DNA of 64,000 nucleotides from Octopus vulgaris (Eukaryota). The translations under genes were made by a program, and so were the position numbers. Location: contig OX597829.1 in the NCBI GenBank assembly GCA_951406725.2, positions 8,370,001 to 8,434,000 on the forward strand, given 5' to 3'. Positions 1 to 14,023 of this stretch are shown one piece after another; within the stretch, counting starts at the first letter, position 1; the number at the start of each line of letters is the position of its first letter. The notes under the pieces were generated by a model, which made no database searches, had not been told where the DNA came from, and was given only the letters and a program-made list of their open reading frames with translations.

Positions 1-89
1 TTCTTTTTTTCCTTCTTTTCTTTATGCCTTTTCTCCAGTCTTTTATGTCACCATTTCCTTAATCTATGCCTTTCACATTTTCCGTGTTT

Positions 90-145
90 GTCTCCGATGA
101 CGGAATATCCCATATTTTGGGATATCCTAGAAACAGATGTAAGAC
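90..145 (+). ncRNA. Type I hammerhead ribozyme-like motif (Penelope pLTR type), U4C core variant
   Basis: Stem I gtct(90-93)/agac(142-145); core CCGATGA (94-100); stem II ggaatatccca/tgggatatcc; GAAA (130-133); stem III cagatg; GUA cleavage triplet. Confidence 0.6.
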
Positions 146-367
146 TTTAAAATTTTTCCAATAATAATAACGTATAAGACTTGAGATTTTTGTCTTGTCT
201 CAGAGTTTTTTGTCCTTTTTAACAATTATATATCCTCTATATCGGAAATATACAATGGTTCCACAACTCCCATCTCGGCAATGAGCTTGGATGCCTGGCA
301 ATCCGTTACACCACTTACCCAGTGTACCTAGCAGTTTAGATCACCTGTGAACTAAACCACCATATTT

Positions 368-407
<40 letters not shown>

Positions 408-635
408 ATACGTAAGTGCATAACACACAAACAAACACCCCCCCAACCACACAAACATACACTCTCTCTGTTTTTCTCCCTCACACACATTTCCTCTCTG
501 TATTAGCATAAAACCGCCTGCTCGATACTTACCTTCATAAGCAGTATTCAGTTCCAGTAAACTTACATAGAAACGTTGGAGTGTATGAATATAAGTATAT
601 ATATATATATATATATATATATGTGCGTCTGTGTA

Positions 636-671
<36 letters not shown>

Positions 672-721
672 TGTATGTATGTATGTATGTTTGTATGTAT
701 GTATATATATATATATATATA

Positions 722-762
<41 letters not shown>

Positions 763-1023
763 CAAGAGAATATATTCGTATATTTTTACAGCAAATGAGC
801 ATAAGCTATCCACGTAGAGGTGGTCTATCCCACCATCGGAGGGAAAATGAGATAATTAGTGGGGAGGCATGGTGTGCCACCATCTAGCGTGAGGTATAAA
901 GGATAGTAAAAAGATAGGGTCATGAAAATATAAAGGTCGACAGAAACTAACTTCCGTGCTAAGTGATAAACATATAGATTTTAAGAGTTAGAGATAGATA
1001 TATCGTAAGAATGGTAAGTGCCA

Positions 1024-1254
1024 GGCGGCGAGCTGGCAGAAACGTTAGCACGCCGGGCGAAATGCTGAGCGGTATTTCGTCTGGCGTTATGTTCTGAGTT
1101 CAAATTCCGCCGAGGTCGACTTTGCCTTTCATCCTTTCGGGGTCGATTAAATAAATACCAGTTACGCACCGGGGTCGATGTAATCGACTTAATCCGTTTG
1201 TCTGTCCTTGTTTGTCCCCTCTGTGTATAGCCCCTTGTGGGTAGTAAAGAAATA
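1024..1254 (+). mobile_element. tRNA-derived SINE, family A (full length, Tx1-like tail)
   Basis: Head ggcggcgagctggcagaaacgttag, B-box-like gagttcaaattcc, core gtcgactttgcctttcatcctttcggggtcgat; about 12 related copies in the window. Confidence 0.85.
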
Positions 1255-1441
1255 GGTATTTCGTCTATCTTTTACGTTCTGAGTTCAAATTCCGATGAGG
1301 TCGACTTTGCCTTTCATCCTTTCTGGGTCGATAAATTAATTACCAGTTACGCACTGGGGTCGATGTAATCGACTTAATCCGTTTGTCTGTCCTTGTTTGT
1401 CCCCTCTATGTTTAGCCCTTTGTGGGTAGTAAAGAAATAGG
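1255..1441 (+). mobile_element. SINE family A, 5'-truncated tandem second copy
   Basis: Near-identical direct repeat of ~1071-1256, fused at ggtatttcgtct. Confidence 0.85.
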
Positions 1442-1938
1442 TATGAAGAAGGTCATATATACTATTTCTTACTTCTTTATTTCTCATCATGTACAATATT
1501 GTAACAACTGAACAATTATTTTTAAATATATAAATACCACGATCTAAAACAATATCAGTTGTTTAGCTTGTTACTATTTTCATTCTGCTTAACATTTTCA
1601 ATGATAAACCGCCTACAGCCACTCAGTTCTTGACAATTATAACATCACTGTGTTTTCTTTTAATCGCATTTCAAGTCAGAGCTTTAAGTGGTGGGTCAAC
1701 TTGAGCACTTAATGTATGTACTTATTACTTCATTAGGTGCACTATTTCCTGAACTATATATATAAGTACACACAAACGCACACACACACAAATATATATA
1801 TATGCATGTGTAAGTATATATGCATATATATACATACATATATATATATATATACATATTAATATTAATAACATTAATGAATATGAAACTTGTAAATCCA
1901 CAAAATTTATTTTACAGTTATATACAACAAAACATAAT

Positions 1939-2023
1939 GACCTACGCTTGTTTCCACTGCAGCGACTACTCACTGTTGCAAATGCAACCATGCAATATTT
2001 TTCGGTGCAGCTTCATCAGGACT
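1939..2023 (-). ncRNA. Type I hammerhead ribozyme-like motif in a Penelope-like pLTR remnant
   Basis: Minus strand: gagtc-CTGATGA-agctgca...tgcagtg-GAAA-caagcg-TA-ggtc; canonical core, stem II gctgca/tgcagt, weak stem I. Confidence 0.6.
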
Positions 2024-2346
2024 CGTCCATTTGTTCGTCTTCGAAATGAAACTATTGAAATAAAATTTTGTTAGTTACTGTTCTTTGGGCGGTGGGCTTT
2101 TGTTATTTAAATGTATGAACTGCTGACCTCTACTTCACCCCAGTCGCTGTCCGAAGATAGGGTTTGGTCTAAAATAGGTCAAGGTCGAGATTATTGTTTT
2201 TTCTAGGGTTCTTTATTCAGAGTGTACATTGGAAGAATTCGCGGAGCGTAACAACTTATTTAGATACACATCGTTGTGGTTAGCCGTTTACTGTAACTTA
2301 ACTGACGGCTAATACGGTATCTGCCTGGATAATATATCCCTCCAAA

Positions 2347-2402
<56 letters not shown>

Positions 2403-2419
2403 AACCTACGTCTCTTATA

Positions 2420-2812
2420 CTCTTTGAGTCGTTGGACTGTAGCCATGCTAAGCCACCGACTTCAAGGCTTTAGACAGGCAAATGGACGCCAGCACTTATT
2501 TTAAAGTTTGATACTTGTTTTATAGGTGCCGCTTGCCAAACTGCTAAAGTAAAGAGACTTAAACAAATCAACTCTGGATTGTCAAGCGTTGATTGGAGGA
2601 TAAGCACAAACATAGATACAGACACATGCTCTTTTGACCACACACACTGTATGACGGTCTTGCACATAGTTTCCTTCTATCAAATTCACTCACAAGACAT
2701 TGATCTGCTCGGGGCTATAGCAAATGATGCATGTCTAAAATGCCGCACATTTGAACTAAACTCAAAACCACGTGGCTGAAAAGCGACCTTCTTAAACACA
2801 CAACCACGCTTG
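2420..2812 (-). mobile_element. SINE family B, diverged copy
   Basis: Reverse complement aligns by eye to 21639-22050 along head and tail. Confidence 0.7.
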
Positions 2813-2829
2813 CGTCAATATGTATATAT

Positions 2830-3045
2830 GGCGGCGAACTGGCAGAATCGTTAGCACGCCGGGTGAAATGGTTTGTGGTATTTCGTGTGTCTTTATGTTC
2901 TGAGTTCAAACTTCACCTTTCATCCCTTCGGTGTCCATTAAATAAGTTCCAGTTACGCACTGGGGTCAATGTAATCGCCTTAATCCCTTTGTGTGTCCTT
3001 ATTTGTCCCCTGTATGTTTAGCCCCACTGTGGGCAATAACGAAAT
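2830..3045 (+). mobile_element. SINE family A with Tx1-like tail
   Basis: ggcggcgaactggcagaatcgttag...gttctgagttcaaa...ttgtcccctgtatgtttagccccactgtgggcaataacgaaa. Confidence 0.8.
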
Positions 3046-3104
3046 AAATATGTATATATGTTTGAATGTATGTATGTGCATGAATATATGTATGAGTATG
3101 TATT

Positions 3105-3168
<64 letters not shown>

Positions 3169-4424
3169 CATACAGACACACACACGAGTGTATACGGGTC
3201 TGTATTGGCACCACACTCACACACATATTCTGCATAAATGTACTAATTTTATGCTGATTACTTTTTACTCTTGAAATTCATATTGGTTATAATGTTCTTT
3301 GGTATTTTAACTAAAGCACTAAACTGTTTTTAATTGCTACATGTTTACACATGCTAAATAATTTGCATATTAATATATTATATTATAAGTGCGGTTGGAA
3401 GCTTAAACCATTACTTATTTTTGAAACTAATGGCTGCCCTATTGCTCTCCGATATTTCTTATTACGCTCATATTGCAAGATATCTTTAGTGAATTAATCC
3501 CTTATTTTCACATTTCAACGATCTCAAACTCCTTTCAACACACATCTTGCCCAATTTCAGAATGTATATAACATTATCGTCCTGAAGCCAAAACGATTAC
3601 CCGAGAAGACAACTTCATATCCAAATTTTCCGTCAATAAAAAATCTTCCCGTTTCCTATCCTTTATCTCCTAATTTCGTTCACCCGTATATTTTCCCTAA
3701 ATCCTTTCCCTTTTAACACTATCAAACCACCGAATCTTTTACCATTACAGTTATTTGTGTGAGTAAACCATTGCATCATAACGAGGTCTTATTCCCACCG
3801 TGCGTGTCTATTTACCTCTCTTTACGGTTCAATTCGTAGAACTTCTGACACTAAATCAATATAAACTCAAGAGCAGAAAATTTTTTCAAAAAATAACTAT
3901 AATCGAATTTGTTATCAATTTCCACTCACACTTCATGCCTAAAAGAGATGGCAACCATGAACGATCATTTTCTACGTATATTAAATATGACATTATTTTG
4001 GACAACCACCACATCAGTTCCCACAGACAGATTCTTTTAAAATCTGTATATGTTGTAAAATTATGGTTATATCAGAGAAGGATCGACAGCACTAATTACT
4101 TTTTACCTGAATATCGGAAACAAGAAGAAGGAACAGGGCAAAATATTCTCACATCAAAATAAAAATATTTCAGTTGATACTACTAAATTTTTGATTAAAT
4201 ATGATATACCGGAGGACTTATCAGCAGGATCTTGAGTATCCGTATGAAATATCCACTTCATTTCTCCATTTCCTAGCACAATATAAAATATATTGCTTTC
4301 TCATTCTTTTCCTCTACTTTATTAAAGTCCTAACCTTATTTACAATTATGATCACTATTTCCGTTTACTTCTTTAACGAAATTTCAATGTCACCAGCTCC
4401 CGAAAAATATCTTCCACTAAGTTA

Positions 4425-4510
4425 ACATGGAGTACCTACTGGTCATTCTACCTACTCGAGATACAATCCAAATTCCTTTCAAATCACACCCTACCACCTT
4501 AAAAGAAATC
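4425..4510 (+). repeat. Old interspersed repeat family E (consensus-like agaaatagcagccaaatctccctcaaatc), unclassified
   Basis: Related diverged segments near 5730-5930 (+), 16975-17060 (-), 28140-28330 (+), 48560-48660 (-), 54985-55055 (-). Confidence 0.45.
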
Positions 4511-4556
4511 GACTAACGCGCGATAAAAGATAGCAGTAGCAACCACAACAGCAACG

Positions 4557-4683
<127 letters not shown>

Positions 4684-5938
4684 CAATAGTATCAAACAAA
4701 AAAACGTAAGGAAAAGGATAGAATGAATGTGTGTTTAAATACATACCTGCACCCAACCCCATCAACCCATACAGATGTATTTCCAGCCCTACTTTAATGT
4801 TTGCGTGATTTTGTTAAGTTCATGCGTGACAAGTAAATTTACTGAGACAAAATTACTGCTTTTTTATGTTAACATGCTAACGAAAGAGCTTAAAACGTGA
4901 TAAAATTTGATGTGTTTTCTTGGTTAATTGTTTCTTAGTTAATTGATTGCATAATATCTTCTTTTCTTTACGGGCAGAAATTTACATTTATATAAGATAA
5001 TTGATAAAAGCACACATATATACCTGTCTATTTCTTAATAGTCAACTAAATTTATGCGGCCGGAAGAAACCATCCCTCGCTCATTTAACGCAAGCTGTCT
5101 TAGTTGATTTATGTCCACTGAATGTGAAGAAAAAGATACTAACGAAAGTTGGCTTTAGGATGTGTGATGTGATATATTTTTGGTGTATTTGTACGGTTAT
5201 GTGCGTAAGCATGTGCTTGTGCGTGTATGTCTGCACGTAAGCGTGCTTATGTATTTTAACACGCCATCTTATTAAACACTACACCTGGTCTCTTACGAGC
5301 ATTCAGACAAGCGCCTTCGTTCGCTAACACCCACGTTTTCTGTTTTAGAAACTGACCTCTGGAGATATAAGATAAAACATCAATCGAAACAATGATAACC
5401 ATCTAGAAGATCCCGAAAAAGTCATGGACGCTATAGTGTCCTCTCAAGACTAATTAAAATAAAATAGATATGAGAATTCTTGACGTATTTGTTTTTCCAT
5501 TTGACCTTTATTTGAGCTCTCCGAGCTCCACCTTCAGTGACTCGACCTTAAATAAAATTCCATTGATACCTTTAAATCTAACGATTGTCTGAAGATAACT
5601 GTGATTATCACTTACAGAATGAATTGTATGGGGAAATCGAACCAATCTCATAGACAACCACCTCCCATTACTATCCGTTTGTTTTTTAGTTTGTTACACG
5701 GATCTCAGCATTTGAATTGCACACGTACGTGGGGGCTTCTATGTGGCCATTAAAAATGCTAGAATTAGCAACAAAATCTTGTTCAACACAATCTTGCGTC
5801 ATATATTTAATAGAAAAACACTTTGAATAATGTAGTCGTAGATACATTTTGCACCCAAAAGATTAAAATGAAAAAGTCATAGCTGGAGTACGCTTGAACA
5901 AAGCTCAATCAGAGCTATCTTGTTTAGCCTCGTGAGGC

Positions 5939-5974
<36 letters not shown>

Positions 5975-6557
5975 GCAAAAAACCTGATACTTATTGTACA
6001 GAAACCGGTTTATTAAACAAGGCAGCAGCAGTAGGAATATCATCAACATCAACATCATCATCATCGTCAACATCATCATCTTGTCTTCGTCGCTGACGTT
6101 GTTGCGGCTACCTTTCACATCTCTCTCCATCTGTTCTTCCCTGCTCCTCTCTTCTTCCTCCTCCTCATCATCTGCTACTATCTAAGATAGTAGCAGCAGT
6201 GATAATTTCTATTTTTGGCTCCGAAGCCATAAAGGAAAAGTGAGAAAAGAATGGACATGCTGTCGGGGCATTATTTCTAGTTCTAAATGTGGCGTGGCAG
6301 ATATAGTCAAAGAGGTTATTGTAATGTTTTTTCTTCTCCGACAAAATATTAGTGTTTTTCATCAAGCATCATTTGGAGCTCAAAAAACAAAGCCGTACCC
6401 AAAGGCAAACTTCATGAAAGGTATTTCAGGGCAGAAGTGGATCACATATGGTTCGATAACATAACACTTCCGGTTTACTTATGCAAAGTGAAGAATTGTA
6501 TCTTGGGCAATGGTCTACTGTCATTTATACTTTTAGGGAACTCTCTAGTTTTCATAT

Positions 6558-6834
6558 GTGTGGCTTAGTGATTAAGGCATTTGGCTCACGATCATAAGGA
6601 TGTGAGTTCGATACTCAGAAACGTGTTGAGTCATTGAGCAAGACACTTTATCTCACGTTGCTCCAGTCTAGTCAGGGGGAAAAATGAGTTGTACCTGTAT
6701 TTTAAAAAAGGGCCAGTGTTGTCACATTCTGTGTCATGCTGAAGTTCTCTGTGGAGTGCACGTTAATTTTCCGAGCTAGCTGTTCCGTTGATCGGATCAA
6801 CTGGAACCCTCGTCGTCGTAACCGACGAAATGCC
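6558..6834 (+). mobile_element. tRNA-derived SINE, family C
   Basis: A box tggcttagtg, B box gagttcgatact, ttgagcaagacact motif, 3' end ggaaccctcgtcgtcgtaaccgacg; matches 49569-49850 and 56816-57140. Confidence 0.8.
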
Positions 6835-8710
6835 AGTATAGTATATTTGCGCGCGCGCGCGCGTGTGTATTTATATATAGTCATATACATTCATAAACGC
6901 CCAATATATATATGAATATGATGTTTGGCTGTGAGTACTTGTATACATATGTTTAAGTATGTGTGGGTATCTTTGTATACTCATTTAAACACATATAGAA
7001 ATGTTATGTAAATATATACATACATTCATGTGTATATATATATATATATATGTGTGTGTTTTGTATATATGTGCGTTTATGTGTGCGTGTGTGTGTGTTT
7101 GTATGAGTGTGTAAATATACATCTAGTATATTTGCATGTAAATGTATGTAATTGCGTATGTATATATATATTGCTTGACGGAAATTAAAAAAATAAATTT
7201 GTCTTTTTCGCTTCGTGATTCATCGAATAACCAGTCATCCCTTGATTTTTATAAACATTTTCCTACATGATCCACTGTGACATATGAAGTATGGGTCAGC
7301 GTTTGTTTCTGCAGCTATTCAATTCTACCTTGAAAATGATCCAGGCCTGCTGGCAGACATCTCGCCGCAATAATTACTTCGAGTATAAAACTAAAAGTAT
7401 ATTTTGCGTACGCGATTTACAGACTTTCCACCAGTGATCCATAATTATTTTCTTTTGGCAGTATTGGCCATCTGAATTCTAAAGCAGAACATGTTTACAT
7501 TTTGTTGTCCCAAGAAACAATATCAGGCATGTTCTACTTTAATTTGATTTGTGTTTATATTTTTCAGCTCTACGAACATATCTCCCATTTATCGGTCTTG
7601 GTATATTTCTTTAATTTATTAATATGTATGTATTTATGTTTTGTTTTAGGTATGTCTTCTCATGTATATACTTGCACATCTAGAAATACTCAGATATACT
7701 TAAATGATAAGCATCTGCAAAGTTTTACAGATTTTTACAGTTCCAGTGAGGGATTGGATCTGTAGTCTTCGAACCAGCTTTCTCTTTTCTGGTTGGGAGA
7801 AGCCTAATTTCTCAAGACTGGTATGTATGTATGTATGTATGTATGTATGTATGTATGTATGTATGTATGTATGTATGTATGTATGTATGTATATCATGAC
7901 TGCTGGGAAACCATTTGACATTAATGTTATAAACGAGGGCTGATACCTGCAGTATAATAATAACCAGGTCAACAAAAACATGGATTAGCAGAGTGAAGTT
8001 CCGATCATCGTTTTTCTGGTTTATATCGTATAATTTTTTCGAGTCACTACCTTTCAAATCGTGCGCTACCTGTACCGTATAAAAAAAAGCTAACGTTGTA
8101 TAATGTAGTCTAGTCATCTCTAAAAAGAAGAGAAGGTCGTAGCAAAATGACTTATGTTCAACGTGTGTCTTTTCTACCAAGATTGATCTCTGAGCTAAAA
8201 ATGATCAACAACAACTAGCTGTACAGGGAGGGTATATTAGGTATGTGTATACACATGTATGCATGTATGTAGGTATGTATGTATATCTCTGTATCATAGT
8301 AAGTCAACCCATGGCTGTTAATCTAATACCACTTGTATCTCTTGTATTCATTTTATGTAGTTTCCACGTCTTCTTGATTAAATAATAATAATAATAATAA
8401 CGTAATAATGATGATGCTTATAATGGGAGTGATTATGATGATGGTGGGGGGGGGACGATGATGATGATGATGATGATATGTAGCTTGGATTCATCGACTG
8501 CTGTACATATTACTTTGTTTATCTGGAAAGTAGATATACTAAAACAATCAGTTTATTTCAGGATATCTTTCATTTACGTCAAAGCTGTATGGAATTACGT
8601 AAATTAGAATTGATATATATGTCGGCATATAAATCAAGTAATTTCTATATAATAATGCATATTCATATATTTATTATTTTACAACTATTTTTGGAAATCG
8701 TACACTAAAA

Positions 8711-8792
<82 letters not shown>

Positions 8793-9157
8793 TGTGCATC
8801 TCTGATCACGCGCAGAAGTAGTGGGGGAGCATCATAGCCATGTGTTGAGAGGGATTCTTTGGGGTTTGAATAATTCACCTCTGGAAACATGGGTGGTTCT
8901 TTCAACATCCTTAAACAACCCTTATTCAGGGATCTTTTGAGCGGGATGGGCTACTTGACCTGAAGAAAGTTCTAACTGGGCCCCACCTGCAAGGTCATGT
9001 GCTGTTTATCTTGATATGAGATCACCATGTCACGCACATATGGTTGTGATGCATGTACCTGGTGTACCCTTATCAGACGGGTAGTCATGATGGGTATATT
9101 GGGCTTCGTATATTTTACCCCAGTGTCACTTTGATGGCATGCACTGCTCTCTCACTC
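8793..9157 (+). mobile_element. Young retroelement family D (non-coding, 5'-truncated, (AAT)n tail), within (TAA)n
   Basis: Nearly identical to 13703-14024 (-) and 63352-63834 (-); shared 3' end ctctctcactc-(aat)n. Confidence 0.85.
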
Positions 9158-9171
9158 AATAATAATAATAC

Positions 9172-10030
9172 TTTCTATGGAACTGAATAACTCAGGATAT
9201 GGATACGTATAAACACGTGACAACAACAACAAATCCAATCCCTTAATCTTTATGAGTAATCTGAGATTATTTACTAAGAATGATCAGGAGTCAAGTCATA
9301 AGAACTTTTCAACTGGGGTAAAGCAGTTTAGCAACGATACAGGAATGAGATTTGGACTAAGTGTGCAAAATCAACTTCCAAGAAGGGAAATCTCACTACA
9401 TCATCCTTAAGCTAGACATCACTGTACAAAAACTGGATTTTGAGCGTACTTACTCATATCTAGGTATAAATGAGATCGAAGGAATACAATATACTCAAAC
9501 GGAGGTAAAGGTACAAAAAGAGTTTTACAGAAGAGTAAGGCTGAACATGAAAACTAAAAACCTTTTACAGCAATCAACACCTAAGCTGTTGGTTGGAATA
9601 TCATCAATTATCTGACCATCAAAGAATGGATGAACAAACACGAAACCATCCTCCCGTCAGCAAAAAAAAAAAAATGCCATAACTAGGCAGACATCGACCG
9701 CCTCTACTTGCTGAGAAAAGAATGTGGATGATGAAGACGAATCCAGTTTGAATTTTCCTCTAAAATTGGCCTACAAACATATTTAGACAAAATCAAAAAC
9801 TAGCTGATGATAATAGCAAACAGACAGACCACGAAAATAAGAAGAGACTCAACTCTATAAGTTAAAAAGCAAAGACATGAAGAAGAAAACTAAAAATCAC
9901 TATCATAGAAATTGAAATTGAGGCTAACTAAGACCTGAAGAAGCTAGAATCCCCAGAATTAAATCAAACTCTGAAAAATAAGGTAGCAAAAGATACCTAT
10001 GCACAACCAATGCATACTTCACTTCCATGA
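9172..10030 (+). mobile_element. R4/Dong-clade non-LTR retrotransposon RT remnant (degenerate)
   Basis: Broken frames read ELNNSGYGY...LIFMSNLRLFTKNDQE (YMDD region)...TYSYLGINEIEGIQ...KEFYRRVR...ADIDRLYLLRKECG. Confidence 0.75.
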
Positions 10031-10129
10031 TGCTGATGTTGAACAACCATAAACTCGTCAGCAGAGACGTGGTGAGAGGTGGAGATTGTTGTGAATAAAT
10101 CTGACATATCAATAATCAGACCATGACGG

Positions 10130-10920
10130 CAAGCACCGGCTTCGTTGATAACTAATTCGCTGAAATTTTATAATCTGCATTTAGCAAAAGCATATACGGA
10201 ACGTTGCTAATGACCCCCACCCTTGTTTGGGTCCTTCCTTAGCAATGCCATCGCCTCTCGATTCACGTAACTAGGGATTCTTCTGATCTGCTGCCAGCTG
10301 CGGTAGCTATCTTCTAAACGTTTTCTAGAGAAGTCTAGCATATAAAAGCTCGATGGGCAAATCATCCAAACCAACATGATTTTGCCCATCATGTTGCTAA
10401 ACATCGATCTCCGTATTTATACGACAGGCCATCAAAGTAGGTACTGACATTTATCCTGCGTTACGGCCCATCATTAGTCTCGAAAAGCCGAGCCAATCTC
10501 ATCGCGTGCAGTTGGTTACAAACCTGTCCTAAAATCCTCTTGTAAACTTCTATTTTCCCCCTCTATTCTATCTTTCTCTATCGCTATGACCTTACTAAAA
10601 CCTTATTTATTCTACTGTAATCGTTCTTTTTCAGAGCGAATTATCATTTTTTGCTGACGATTGCCTCTGTCAATATCCGTTTAATAAATTTGCTTGTCGA
10701 GTCTCTGAGCTTGGTGCACCAGGATCGATACGTTCAGTATCCAATAATCAGATTCCTGCTTATCTAGACCTAGCATACAAATCGTATTTGTATTCTGTGT
10801 AGCCGACGATTTTAAAATGTGGACAACTTAAGCTATCCTTATCTGCTGGCCTATAAAATACTGTATTTAGATACAATCTAAATGATCCAATGCAATTTGT
10901 CCGTCTCCACATTGGTACCT
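10130..10920 (-). mobile_element. L1/Tx1-like LINE ORF2 remnant (end of APE, start of RT)
   Basis: Minus-strand broken frames: VPMWRRTN..RLYLNTVFYRPADKDSLSCPHFKIVGYT; GLDDLPIE (KSPGxDG-like); AMALLRKDPNKG; LLNADYKI. Confidence 0.65.
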
Positions 10921-11370
10921 ATCAGACATGTGTCAGACACCTGCCAGATACTTGTTGGAAGCAGCAGGTTTTGAGAGGGTTTTTGTTCTCCTCCTCCCAA
11001 ACGTTGGTAGTGATGATAGGGATAATGATGTTGACAAGTATAAGTATAGATGTTGTTGGGAGTTATCTTACTGCATTATTACTCAAAGACATCTCTCCTG
11101 TTTGTCTATGACTGCTAGTTTTTGTGTCGATACGATTTTTGCTTGTTTTACATTTCTTTGCCTTAGTAAATTTTTGGAATTGAGATCGTTTGTCGTACCT
11201 TCCGTCACATGACGTTTCTGGTTGGTTCCATGCAGGCAGGAATATGTCTTGGGTGTCATTGCTTCGAGGCTTTCAATTGCAGCCGATGTTGTTAGCGATG
11301 TTGTATCTTTTGCGGGTGGTGTTTGTTTTATTCTTTGTGCCGTTGTTCTTTCCAGCCTTGCTGTTGTCGC

Positions 11371-11660
<290 letters not shown>

Positions 11661-11714
11661 AAAAATAATAATACCAAGAATAATAATAATCCTGTAATAA
11701 TGATCTATTGTAAT

Positions 11715-12112
11715 ACCGATAATAAGAAACCGGATATTGTATAATAAAAAAGAAATGTATGATTATGACATAGCATGACAACAGGATCAAGGTGAAAGAA
11801 GGAGAAAAAATAAACAACTATGACGATTTGAATTGGGAAATACGAAGTTTGTGATGAATGAAGGGAGTAGACGTAATACGAATAGCAATTGGTGCACTTG
11901 GAAGTATCAGAACTCAACTACCAACATGGCTGAAAAAGATTGGTGCAGGTATGAAGGTAGAACACCTATAAAAATCAGCATTGCTTGGAACTGCAAGAAT
12001 TCTTTGCATGGTTCTTGAAGCGTGACCAGTAAACAAGTGTTACCTTAGTCTGCTGGTTGTGGACAGCTGACACTTTACATCATACCCAGCAAATCAAACT
12101 GAGTTTTCATAA
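11715..12112 (+). mobile_element. R4/Dong LINE 3' remnant (restriction-like endonuclease) with (AAT)n tail
   Basis: KKPDIV...KEGEKINNYDDLNWEIRSL..IAIGALG...KSALLGTARIL, then short 3' UTR and aataataat. Confidence 0.8.
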
Positions 12113-12175
12113 AATAATAATAATAATAATAATGATACGAAGAAGAAGAAGAAGAAGAAGAAGAAGAAGAAGAAG

Positions 12176-12208
<33 letters not shown>

Positions 12209-12211
12209 AAT

Positions 12212-12374
12212 GATTTTAAATTTTGGCACAGAGCTAGCAATTTGGTGGGCAAGACTAAGTCGATTAATCCAACACCAGTGTTCAATCGATACTTATTTTA
12301 TCGACCCGAAAGGATGAAAGGCAAAGTTAACCTCACCGGAATTTGACCTCAGAACGTAAAGACGGGCTAAATGC
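12212..12374 (-). mobile_element. SINE family A (second tail type)
   Basis: tatcgacccgaaaggatgaaaggcaaag is the reverse complement of the family A core. Confidence 0.75.
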
Positions 12375-12419
12375 GCTTGTTAGTGCATTTTAATTTAATT
12401 AGAAGGTATTTTATCGTGA

Positions 12420-13680
12420 GTTTTGGTAACAACAAGTCTCCTCAAATCTAAAGAATTTTTCTTATGGTGCTTGCAGAATATAGGATTTTTTTCGCTCTTT
12501 TATGTGACATTTTTGCTCTAGTGCCAAGTGCACCAGTTACTACAGTTACTTGGTTACACCAGTTACTTGGTCTTCCAGAATCTTCTCTGCTTTCTGGTTA
12601 GATCCTGGTACTTCTCAATACTTTTTCCATTTCTTTGGTATCGACTCTGCTATTATAGGGAATAGCAAAATCTATGATCTTGCACTGTTTATTTTGTGTT
12701 CTATAATTATGTCTGGTCTTCTTCCCAGAATATTATGGTGAATCTAAATGCAGTGAGCTAATAGAACCGTGAACACGCCAGGTAAAATGCTTAGCGGCAT
12801 TTCGTCCGTCTATACATTCTGATTTCAAATTCCACCCTAGGCGACTTTGCCTTTCGTCCTTTCGGGGTCGATAAAATAAGTACCAGTCAAACATCGGGAT
12901 CGATGTTATCAACTTATCCCTATCCGCAAAACTTGCAGGCCTTCTGTCAGAATCTGACAACCATCATCAGTTTGTATGGCGAAGTCCCACAAGATCTTGT
13001 GAATCTAATTTTCGATTACAGCCTCTGGTTCCTGTTCATGGCATTTTTCTGTTGCTTTGACTAAAATCCCAATGCACTCTTTTTTCCCATAAAGTCAAAC
13101 CTGCGCTTGTATTCCATTTATGCTTCACTCAAAATATAAGTAATGCTGTCGTCTAATTTCCAGGAGATTCTACATTTGCTGTTTGGTCTTTGCCTTTATC
13201 CAATTGGTTCTAAGGGCTTGTTCCTGAACAGCTATAGTTAGCGTTTCTGTTTCTAATTTTACGTTTCCATCTATCCGCCAAAGACGGCGGGATTCACTTC
13301 GAAAACCTTGAGTTTGTTACATGAATTGGCCTTGCCGGTCCAAATCTTTTCAGTTGTTCGTTCTTTTGTCCTTACTTTTCTCTTTGAATTCTCTTACTTT
13401 TTCAGCCACATTTTTGGGTATCTCTGGTTACCAAAAGTATTTTCTCTTTACTCTGTACAACACATTTCAGTCCTAGCATTGCAGTACCAATAGTCTTCCG
13501 CGTTTAATAATCCTCTGCCATCTTCCCTTCTTGGAAAATAGAGTTAGTATTAATTTTAGGGTGGATTGCGCTGTGAATTGTTAACAGACTTCTGATACTT
13601 CTATCTAAGCTCTGCCGCTCGATCTTTGTCTAATTGAGAAAGGGTGATAGTATCTGACGTTGCCAGTGTTTTTATGACTA
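12420..13680 (-). mobile_element. R4/Dong LINE remnant interrupted by a SINE
   Basis: Minus strand: LYFPRREDGRGL, ETLTIAVQEQAL, RRPDIIIEHK; frameshifted. Confidence 0.7.
12748..12960 (+). mobile_element. SINE family A nested in LINE remnant
   Basis: Family A core gactttgcctttcgtcctttcggggtcgataaaataagtaccag. Confidence 0.75.
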
Positions 13681-13702
13681 ATTTATTATTATTATTATTA
13701 TT

Positions 13703-14023
13703 GAGTGAGAGAGCAGTGCATGCCATCAAAGTGACACTGGGGTAAAATATACGAAGCCCAATATACCCATCATGACTACCCGTCTGATAAGGGTACACCA
13801 GGTACATGCATCACAACCATATGTGCGTGACATGGTGATCTCATATCAAGATAAACAGCACATGACCTTGCAGGTGGGGCCCAGTTAGAATTTTCTTCAG
13901 GTTGAGTAGCCCATCCCGCTCAAAAGGTCCCTGATTAAGGGTTGTTTAAGGATGTTGAAAGAACCACCCATGTTTCCAGAGGTGAATTATTCAAACCCCA
14001 AAGAATCCCTCTCAACACATGGC

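Noticed and set aside
535-887. YI/CV/HT/MYVC-repeat ORFs here and throughout
   Set aside because: Dinucleotide and tetranucleotide microsatellite translations.
3250-4420. Unique AT-rich stretch with a 120-aa ORF (3800-4162)
   Set aside because: No recognisable motif; possibly an old LINE but unsupported.
10930-11370. Possible N-terminal region of a Dong-like LINE on the minus strand
   Set aside because: Only vague similarity.
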